A DNA stretch of 47,403 bases from Intoshia linei (Eukaryota > Animalia > Orthonectida), in the NCBI GenBank assembly GCA_001642005.1, contig LWCA01000157.1, forward strand, positions 1-47,403, read 5' to 3'. This document shows positions 37,013 through 47,403 of this stretch, piece after piece. Numbering within the stretch: position 1 is the first letter of the stretch; every line of letters begins with the position of its first letter. Made by a program: the position numbers and the translations under genes. The notes under the pieces were generated by a model. The model saw only the letters and a program-made list of their open reading frames with translations, made no database searches and was not told where the DNA came from.

Positions 37013-40000
37013 ATTCTTTTGCAATGGATAACACAAAAGGAATGAAAAAAATTTCTTTCATCTCTAGTGGTCTACAAAGTTTGAGTTTTTATACTAAAGT
37101 AACATCAAATTATCGTAAAAATAGTATATTCCCTGGTGATGATGATACTGAAATTTCAGCTAAATCTGGTTTTTAAGTAGTATTTAATATTTTACAATTG
37201 ATCAAATTTAGAACATGAAAATGCCTTACAAGACTATGTTCGTGAAATTCATGATGTTTTACCAGAAAAATATATTATATCCATATTATCTTCAAACAAG
37301 TACTTGTATACTTCTTCTATAGACGATGATATTAACTGCAGTAATATCCATTTTTATATAAAGCAACGTCAGGTTCGATCTATTGGATTTCTGATATAAT
37401 CTTACTGGCAGTACTTGTGCCTTCTGTTGTCAAAATTTGAGGGAATTCCTAGTTTACATATCATTATATCTACGATCAACTGATGATATACAATCTTACG
37501 TTCAAACTTCATTTATCGTCTTATCATTTATTATATATTATTGACACTTATCATCACATATCTTGCTTCAGAAAGGAATGATATCTGTGATTATGCATTT
37601 AAACATTATATTTTTTGCAACTATACATGTCAGTGTGACATACTTAGTTTATTATTATTTAGGATAATTGACCAGTCTTTCATAGCTGGTTGTCACTAGA
37701 TCCAGTTAACCGTTTCACTCTCTGAAATAGTGATTTTATTTGAAACTTGCATAATTTTATATTGACACTACTACATTCGTTTTATTCCAATGTCATAATC
37801 AAATGTGGTCATATTTTATGAGTAGAAAATAAGTTTTTCAAAGTTAATTTTGCATAGCATGCTACGCTAAGTGAGATATTTGAAAGGGAAAAAGAATAAA
37901 CAATTATATATTGTGTGCATGAGAGTTTTGAAACATCGTAAATAAGAAATAATACCAAAGTAAAATTGTCAGTCCGTAATATTTTTTCGTATTCATGTTC
38001 GAATTGTGTTTGACCATGATTCAGGCCTCTAGTATCCACCAATTGTCATATTTACATGCAGTCTACGTTGGAATAAAATATATTAGAATGTCTTAAACAA
38101 ATTTTATTTAATTTTTAGTTCCAATGCTTGCTCAAAACTTATTCTGGAATTTATTGGTGCAAGATTCCTTTTCTTTCTTTAGGCTACTATTTAATCAGCT
38201 ATTGAACATATCAAAACAGGTATCAAGATAATAATACATGTATTGTATGCCAAATTTTTCAATTGGTCTCGTTTTATTTTCAGGTGGGTAGGAGTGTAGC
38301 ATAGTAGCTTAGATTCTGTAACCAGTCATCCCTATGAGAAGCATTGTTATAATATACCATAATAAATAATTTTAGGAATATGTAATATTGTTTATTACAA
38401 TGATTATAAAAAGATTTGATTTACTACCCACAAACAGTGCATTTATTCTGGTCAATCACATTGTAAATATAAAATTATAATATATCAGTGTTTCTCAAAT
38501 GCAGTCTGCCAAGTATGCACAGGGTCCGCGACGAAAATTATTGGAAAAAAAATTTTATTTTTTATTAACTCAAGTTATACTTACTTACTCAACTTATCAA
38601 CTGATCCATTTTTTTAAAATTTTTAGAGTTACGCATGTAATTATTTAACAATTTAAAAATAGCCACATTAACTTTTTTACTGAGTTGTAAAAACATATTT
38701 TCTTAATAATCTTTTTCAAACTAGGCGACCGGTAGCCTCAAAGTTGGGAACCACTGATAAATACCAATAATATTTTATTTATAGATTGCTGTCATTATTC
38801 AATTGATTCATCAAAAAAAAATTAATCATAATTTAATTATTGGCAATTTATTGTTTATAATTGTGGATGTAATATTAATATTTTACTATACAGGTTAGAG
38901 CAAGGTGGGAACGTCTTCATTTCATAATACATAATAATGCTTTTTATATTCATAATTTTTAAAAATTAACTTACAATTTCAATTTAATAGTTTTCAATGT
39001 TAACCTATCATACTTACTAAAACTATGCAAGAATTTATGTTTTATAAAATTCTAGGATAGTTTATTTTTTAATTAAACTGTAACACACACACAGAAATTA
39101 GATTTTATTTAAGTACAGAATATATCAAAAAACCTAGAAAATGTGCAAATTCGTAAAAGTGTATTTTTCCCTCAAGGTGTGGTAAGATAACATTTTAAAT
39201 TATTAAAAATACATAATAATACATTTAAGGCAATTCAATTCACAAAGTACATCAGTTTTAAACAACTTAAACAGCTTTTCCGTGGAGAACAATGCGAAAA
39301 TAAATTTTTGTTGGGAATAAGTATTCCCAGTACAAAAAATGTGGTAATATATGCTGAAGACGACTCAATAATACCGACGCAATTGTCCGTAACTGAAAAA
39401 ACCACATTTGAACTTATTCGACAAGAATCACTATCATTTTTCGATTTTCGTGATGCAACCATACATGAAGACTATTATTTAGTAGATTATGAAACCCAAT
39501 ATATATACGACAATAATCTTTTTGTTGGTGATTTTTATTTCAGAAGAAATATGTATTCTCAATTAATGATGAAAAAAATGAACAAATCTGAAGCATTTAA
39601 AATGATTAAACAGCAAGTTGCAACATTTTAAAGCATTTTACATGTGTATTTAGATTATTAATGAAACATTTTTAGAAATACAAAATGTACGTTTCTTTGT
39701 TTCAATGATAAAACATTCTGATGTCATTCAAGTAGAATTTACATTATTTTAGTCTACATTGTATATATATGATTCATTATATTTAGGCCCAATCATATTT
39801 ACAAGCTACAATTGAAGAAATTAATTTTCAAGAATTTTCCAAGAAATTGACTAAAACATTTGTCTATAAATATTTTTCTAGTCAATCTAGTTCTGTCTGT
39901 AAAATACGATCACTAGATCTTATTCATAAGTATACATTAATTCAGGTATAAACAACTTTTAATAAAAATAATTAAATAGGCACATTTTCCCATTCGAATA

Positions 40001-43000
40001 TGTGCAATGATAATTTTTGATTACTGTTGCGAAAATTGATAGAAATCAAAAAATGGAAAATTTTTTGATTTGGAAAGTTTTAGGTGTGCTAAGCCTATTG
40101 AAGTAGATTTATCGCTCATAATTTTAGTTTCGTCCTGCTACAAGGAAATAAATTTAAATTAAAAGTAGAACCATTTTTTGTTAAATATCCCATTATGTCA
40201 ACCCTATGAGATATTTAACCCTTCAGAAATCATAGTTCCATAAAATGGATGAGTATTTCCTATTTCTATTGGTCTTATGCAAAATATATCTCAAATAATA
40301 TCATAACTTGATATAAAGAAAATTCTCTCTAGTTTTCCAATTCGAAAATTATCTATGTATTTAAACTATGTTAAATATTTATTATATAATATTTAGTTTT
40401 AAAATTTTTCATACCCTGTTCCCTAATTAATAAATTTTTTCAAAAAAATTAAGGCGATGTACGCACTGTTGAATTGTAGAGGGTATATTATACATGTTTT
40501 ATTATTATAATCATGTATATTTTTAGATGGTTCGAAATGTATTTTTGAAAATGCCAAATAACGAAATTGAGCAAATATTTTATTTGTACTTGGAGTTGTT
40601 AAATTCCATCATAATATTACATTCTGAATGTATAGATGTTGTAAGAATTGCATTTTCAACCCTAATAGATATATCAGTAAAATTTAAGTCGATATTTTAT
40701 ACATATGGGTAAAAATACAAATAAATTAATGTATAATGTTATATTTAGCTTTAATGTCATTATGCCAGTAATTATCACTGTATATTCTAAAAAAGTTTCC
40801 TATCATTACATTATTGAAGCTATAGAATTTTTAATACAAAGCTTTTTCATATTGTATCAAAATCCATTTATAGCTCAGGTAAACAATTTAAAAAATAATT
40901 AAATATTACAGTAGAGACAATTTTGGAGAAAGTGGTCAGATCTTAGCAACTCGTTTTCAATTTTTTTTAACCTTTTTTATAATTGTAACCATATATGTAA
41001 CATACAATTGAATCGTTAAAAATATATTTTCATGAATCATGAATCATGATAATCATTTAAATTACAGAAAGAAATACGTACTATCAATTTTAGTTTATTT
41101 GGTGATAAATTTAAAGCCAAAACTACTTATCTATGATGACGAATAAAAATTTTCAACTAACAAATATTATGAGCCAAATGAAAATTTTGATTCATATTAC
41201 CACTGACAAAGAATTTGATTAATACTAGTACATCTTGTGTTAGTAATTAGTCAATGATTTTCTTAATACAAAGGTGGCCAAATTATGGCCCACGAGTAAA
41301 TTAAAAGAGGCCAGCTATGGTTTACTAACAAAATGCAATAAATGTTTAATATTTCCGATACGTATCAGTTAACCACGCCCAAATGTCATTTTGGCTGGTT
41401 AATTTGATTGTTTACAAGATGTCAACATTCCATTTAGATAATGATATGTTTAATTTTACGCATTAGATAAAATTTTCCTACCTTTATTTTCTTTGAACAA
41501 AATAATTGTATATTTTTACTTACATTAAACTGAAGACCATGATGTGAAAAAAAAATTTTTGGGTCAATTATAACAACATAACATATCAACAATTTCGGCT
41601 AAATATTTTAGCTTTAATTCTAGGACATTTCATTTTTTAAAAGAGTAATTTGTTATTTTTATTGTGAAAATACATTTTTTTTCAGGTTGTGAGTCATGAT
41701 AATACTTATCATTTTAAAAAATATCCCAGAATGTAAGTTTTATAAAATTTGACAACAATTTTTAATTTTTAAAACAAAGGTTAATTTGTGGTTTTGAATT
41801 TGAACGTTTTTAAGGCTGAGATTTGAAAATGTTGATGATTTAAACGCGCCCCAAAATTTATGTTTTTTGAAATTTTTTGTGGTGATTTTATTTTAAAAAA
41901 AAAAAGCAAATTAGGTTTTAGACCATGAAGGCTTATTTTTGGAAACTGAAACTTACATATAAACATGACTCACCAAAACAGTTTTAGTAATTGGATTTTT
42001 TTAAATTTAAGACCGTTTATTTAAAAATTAAACGGTAACACACTGACAGACACTGATACACATACATTGCATTTTATATATTTTTCAAAATATAAGTTAA
42101 AATATTAAGATTAATGATAATGTTTTGATATAATGTGGATGGTCACGGATTTTTGTTTGACATTTCTGTTTGATTTTTTGTTTAAAATGTATATATTTAT
42201 AAATTAGATGTTATCCAGCATAGCCAATCTTTTGATTCCAGCTGATGAAATGTACCCTGAAATGTATGGAAAGGTAATGAAAAAATTTCAATTTCAAATT
42301 TGCTAAATACATTTTCAAGATATCTGATACTGTTTTATATGATATAATCAAATCGTTAGAAATTGAAACAGAAGACCACTTATCACTTTTGATTCTCAGT
42401 GGTTTTGATAAAGGAATTACTCCGATGGTATTATTATTTAAAAGTAGTGAAGCTTCCACTCCATGAGTCTCGGTTAAAGTTAAATCGGGAATTCAAAGTT
42501 TTTATGGAATTACAGAACAAGTTTAAAGGAAAATTCTAACGAATTTAGTATATATCACTATAGAAATAATTAAAAAAGTATTTTATCTACATTTTATTCT
42601 ATTCACACGGGGGACCAAGGTCTGAAAACATTTATCTCTCACAATATAATATCTTACAAATAAAAAAATTACCATGTTCATCTCCCCCACCCCACTTTGA
42701 CTTTTCTACTGTTATTAGTTAAATATGTCAAAAATATGATTTTCCGGTATTATAGCTTCTTAAACTTAGAAATTTAGGATTTTTGTTATCAAGGCGAGTA
42801 TTATAAATCAACATTAACAATAATTCAAACAATAAATTTATGCGTAACACTGATTTGCCATGAATATGAATGCAGCAATGCCAATTCTATTTTAGTAAAT
42901 AATTATCATAATAATTTAAATAATATTTCTTAATAGATTACGTTAAAACATTTAATTCGAGTATATCTTAAAAATGTTATGAATGAAAATGACAAGAAAT

Positions 43001-45661
43001 TTGAATCGATTCGAAAAGAACTTAGAATATTGAATAATGTCGCCGTAGCCGTAAAATCTCTACTATATACATGCGAACCATTATCAAAGTAAGTTGAATT
43101 GATTGTTTTATTTTATTATTTATTTTATATTGCTACTAGGGTGACTGTTATGTACTACGTACAAACAGCACTTAGCTCTACCGAGGGCATAGCGTAGAAT
43201 GAAAAAAATTGCAAAGGACTGAATTATATAGATTTTCACCCATATTTCTTTATTGGAAATGTTTAGACGTTCAATACAAATTGTTTTGAAATTATAGGAT
43301 CAATATTTGCATTTTTAATTTTTATTTTAATCGAAATATTTGAAAAATATTGGTTCATAATATATTAAAAAATATTTTTCACCGGGAAGTGTAGATTTTT
43401 GGGGTTGAAATTTTGTATTTACATCAACTGAATAAGCTCTATCAGAATAATTTTTTTTTTAATTTTGGGACTGTTAATTATTTCACATTTTTTGTTTTAA
43501 TAAAATATTTCTGAAAAAAATATATAAATACTAAAATGCTTTTTTAACCGTGAAGTCGTCACTTATTCGGATTGAAATTTTTTATGTGTGTTAACAGGAT
43601 ACAACTGTACTACCTGTAAATTTTTTGAAATTCTAGGGCTGTTTTCATTAAAAAAAGAAGGGTAATTGGGGTTTTGGCTCCTGAAGATATTTTTTTTAAA
43701 TTTAAATTCATGATAATGTTTATGATTTTAAAATCCGTATCAGCGTATATATTTTTTTAAATTCTCGAACTCGTTTGATTTTCAAAAAAAAGACAATTGG
43801 GCTATATATTTTTTTTAAATTCTCCAACTCGTTTGATTTTCAAATAAAGGACAATTGGGGTTTTAAACTCGTAAGATGTGAGTTTGAGAGCATGAAATTT
43901 GTTTTGCTAATTTTTAATTGTTATCAATGAGATTAAATTCATTTTTAAATTAAAAAATATCCGATTGAGGAGATTTGTTGTATAATTATGTGGCATCTTG
44001 GAAATTTGATCTTGTGTTTATATAAAAAAAATTAATTTTTTCTTTTGTCTGAATTAAATTTTCAATTAATTAATTTAGTTTTAAAGTAGATCATAAGTTA
44101 TGATTTATAACATGTATTTTTGATTCTGCACTTCTGGTTATTTTTCTTTCATGACGGTAATTACATTGTTATTTCGTTGATTAATATTTTTTTTAATTAA
44201 TACTAATTCTATCTTAATCATTACTATGATGATTTAAAACTAACAATAGAAACCACACATATAACATAAACTCTTGCCAATAACATGAAATTTAATAAAA
44301 AAGTAGAAGAGTTTTGATATAAACGTGCACGGGTAATCCGCACCTGTTGTGGGATATACTAAAAAATATTAATAAATTGATTAGAGCATTTGATGGATCA
44401 ATATACCAACAAAACCCAACAACATATACACATTCAAATTATATTGACGATGTTTCCGAAATAAAGTAAGAATGACAATAAAATGTTAAAATTAATACAG
44501 TAGAAAATCTTATGCGGCTGTCAATAGAAAATCAGCTACATATGAAGATAAAATGACAAATTATACATCACCAAGAGTTAATCTAATATCAATTGCATCT
44601 CGATTTTTAACTTACTACCCTCAAAGAGTTTTACAGTTACAATCAATTCCAACGAATGACGGTGACATATCATTCAAAGCCGTGTACATTCCAACGCGAT
44701 TACATATGGTAATCTAATTTAATTATAAACGTGATTAATGAATAAATTTTAGAAATTGTATGAAGTTGTATTATCATTATTGAAATTAATCACATACGAT
44801 TCATCTACACTTGAAAATGTAGATTTTACTTTATATTTTTCACAATATCTACCAGCAATAACATGGTCCAAGCAATCGATGCGTTCAATTTTTACATATG
44901 TTGCCAAAAGAATAGAAAGAATCTTGTCAAAATTATTTAAAAAAATAAATTTATGGGTAAATATAAAAAACATAATACTAATCAAGTTTAGAATAACTTT
45001 AATTGGGAAAAATTTACAATATTAATAGAAGGAATTCATAAATGTTTGGAAAAAAACATGTTTTTATATCATATTCCAGCATTAAAGGTTTAGTTGATTT
45101 GATGAGTTTTTAATTTTATTCTTTTAGAATTTAGTTGTAACATTAATGCATGTTACAATGGCAATGTCTAAAACTGATAAAGAAGCTATAACTTCAGGTA
45201 TAAACAGCACATTAAAACATTGGAATAAAAAAAAAAGCTCAAATAAAAATTGCTTCTTTTCTAATGAAATATTTCTCAATCGGGCCGTTCAATTAATTTG
45301 TTTATATATTCAAGTATCCGATGAAAATTCAAGATTTGAAGAGTTTATTCAATCTAGTAATGACGCAAACAATAAAAATGTAGTATACAATATTTTCAAT
45401 CGCATGATATTATTATCTACGACTGGACTTAAATCTGGCATAATTGTCAAGTACAACACGTTTAATTACATTTTCAATTATACAATCACTCAAATTTACC
45501 GAAATTTGGTAAACGTTAAACAGGTTTCACACATGAGTCGAGACTCTTTTAATAGCAACAATATCATCAATACCAGTATGTGTAGTAATTCGCCTGAAGC
45601 TCACAACAAGAGAAAATTTACGGAATTCTTGATATATCCAATGTTATCATGTAATCCATAA
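37013..45661 (+). CDS. UNC80: UNC80 (NALCN channel complex subunit), central/C-terminal exons; 5' half absent from the window, 3' end uncertain
   Basis: Exons in the expected order: LAQNLFWNLLVQD, LPTNSAFILVNHI, FKQLKQLFRGEQCE..IPTQLSVTEKTTF..YYLVD..VGDFYFRRNMYSQL, LDLIHKYTLIQ, LNSIIILHSE..F..IF..G, EAIEFLIQSFFILYQNPFIAQ, and SLLKLITYDSSTLEN..YLPAITWS..KRIERILSKL. These are collinear with recalled UNC80 sequence. Confidence 0.85.
38486..38756. mobile_element. hAT (Buster-type) MITE in UNC80 intron
   Basis: TIRs CAGTGTTTCTCAAA / GTTGGGAACCACTG. No clear TSD. Confidence 0.6.
43136..43885 (-). mobile_element. Helitron family A copy (3' end intact) in UNC80 intron
   Basis: The minus strand ends GCCCTCGGTAGAGCTAAGTG-CTGTTTGTAC-GTA-GTACATAACAG-TCACCCTAG|T. 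The body is the reverse complement of the other copies. Confidence 0.8.
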
Positions 45662-45776
45662 TTCTACTGTAGTTAGCCTTTGAACATATTAGGACTTGTC
45701 CACTTTTATAAGTTTAATCCGAGCGTGCAGCATGATTTTATATTATTTATTTTAAATACTCGGTACATACATGTAG

Positions 45777-46390
45777 TCCCTACTTATATAATATGCTATG
45801 CAACATTTGTTTGTGTGTGTTACTGTTTATTTCAATAACTACCAGTCTTAGAATTTTATAAAGTCCACATTTCAATTACAGTTTTTTCTGGGCGTTAACA
45901 AAATAAATTTCAATCTCCAAAACTCACATCTTACGGGTCAAAAAGCCCAATAGTGCTTTTTTTAAAAATCAAACGAGTTCGAGAATTTAAAAAAATATAC
46001 ACTCTGATAGGGATTTTAAAATCATAAATTTAAATTTAAAAAAATTATATCTTCAGGCCAAAACCACAAATTACCTTTTTTTTAATGAAAACAGCCCTAG
46101 AATTTAAGCAAATTTAATTAAAATTTGAAAAATTTCAATTTAAATAAGTGACGCCTTCACGGTTATAAAAGCATTTTAGTATTTCATATATTTTTTTTCG
46201 AAATATTTTAACAAAACTAAAAAAATGTGAAATAATTAACGGTCCGAAAATTAAAAAAAAGATTATTTTCATAGAGCTTATTCAATTTGACATAAATACA
46301 AAATTTCAACTCCAGATGTCTATGGATTCCTGTGAAAAATAATTTTTATTATATTATCAACCAATATTTTTCAAATGTTGGATTACAATA
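45777..46390 (+). mobile_element. Helitron family A copy (5' end)
   Basis: TCCCTACTTATATAATATGCTATGCAACATTTGTTTGTGTGTGTT start; body collinear with the other copies. Confidence 0.75.
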
Positions 46391-46497
46391 ATAATAAATT
46401 TAATTGAAGGAAGCTAGTGATAGCTTGTATACAATATATGATTATATTAATTATTTAAAGTTAAATTTATTTATTTGTTGGTTAAATTGGGCTAGGT

Positions 46498-47295
46498 TCA
46501 TAGATGTTGTGTGATTTGGTAGTTGGTTCCATCTTTTAATAACTCTATTGTAAAAGGAATTGCCATTAATTTGGTGTTGAAACAATTTTTGAATAAATTT
46601 ACATTTTGTCCTGTTTTGGAGATGTTGCGTTTGAACGGTGAAAGGACTTTTAATGTTATAATTTTATGTGTTAATCTGAGGTCCATTAAGTTTCTTCGAT
46701 AATGCAAATATCCTGATCCCATGACTGATATGCGTTTGTTTAGTGCCTCAATTCGTTTAATATCTTTCAAAACTAACGGATTCCACAATTGGGATGCATA
46801 CTTTGGAGATTATAATTATCATAATTTTGGGAAGTATAAACGTTTTAATTAGTGGCAGTAAATATTTGGGTTTGCGTAGTGATATTTTTTTTAAATGCTA
46901 AAGAGTTCTATTTTGGGGTTTAATGTTATTTTCTCTATGTGCTCAGTGAATTTTCCGTCGTCGGTTATTGTAATTCCTAGGTCTTTGACTGATGATTTTC
47001 TCTCTAACTTGTGCATTCCAATGATGAGTGTAGTTATAAAGTTATTGGCTTTATGTGTAAAGAGGAGAAAAAAGAATTTTTTGTAATTTAAAGGGAGATT
47101 CTACAGGAGACTCCAGTTTTGTATTGTATTAATGTCAATTTGTAGTTGTACTACATCGGCGTTATTGTTCATAGTTTTGTATATTTTGAGATCGTCAGCA
47201 TATTGAGGGAACTCGCAGTGTTTGATTTTATAGGAAAGGTCATTAATGAATATATTAAAAAGCATTCCAGCAATAACTCCTCCTTGGGGGCCCCA
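46498..47295 (-). mobile_element. 5'-truncated, disrupted LINE (CR1/L2-like) reverse transcriptase
   Basis: GPQGGVIAGMLFNIFINDL, YADDLKIY, LQIDINTIQNWS, VKDLGITI..F.EHI and YASQLWNP..DIKRIE, with stops and frameshifts. Confidence 0.85.
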
Positions 47296-47403
47296 CTGGG
47301 TATGTGTACATGTGGAGATGATGAGACGTCTCATCTTCTCGATTTTGGTGTTTTTTCTTGTGAATGTTGCTTTTCTTTTTGGCATTTTATTTTAAATTTC
47401 AAA

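Noticed and set aside
39235-39462. 75-aa minus-strand ORF (likewise 42211-42459 and 44749-44985)
   Set aside because: Antisense to UNC80 exons.

Overview
AT-rich (about 75% A+T by eye) animal genomic DNA. The genes are broken by very short GT-AG introns (mostly 30-45 nt), so the six-frame ORF track shows only fragments. This architecture resembles compact parasite genomes such as the orthonectid Intoshia linei (inference only). Splicing by hand gives these genes in order: SLMAP (+), a collagen galactosyltransferase COLGALT/GT25 with an intronless CDS (-), MAX (-), calcyphosin-like CAPSL (+), a short DPM3-like gene missed by the ORF track (-), a uridine-cytidine kinase with non-canonical active-site residues (-), an unidentified spliced ORF (-), the 5' part of TRUB2 (+), NUBP2/Cfd1 (-) and the C-terminal half of UNC80 (+). 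Intergenic DNA and the longer introns are filled with decayed transposons. These include an abundant non-autonomous Helitron family (5'-TC, 3' hairpin + CTAG), hAT MITEs with 8-bp TSDs, a Buster-type hAT deletion derivative, nested pogo/Tigger elements and LINE remnants. Three single Ns (28624, 31994, 35996) all fall in or at Helitron copies and are probably assembly joins. No CRISPR array, rRNA or tRNA was seen, and I found nothing I can confidently call a new biological system. The best leads are the possible pseudo-kinase UCK, the 57-aa micro-exon DPM3 ending 13 bp from CAPSL, the modular Helitron family and the missing 5' half of UNC80. All homology calls come from recalled family sequences, not database searches.
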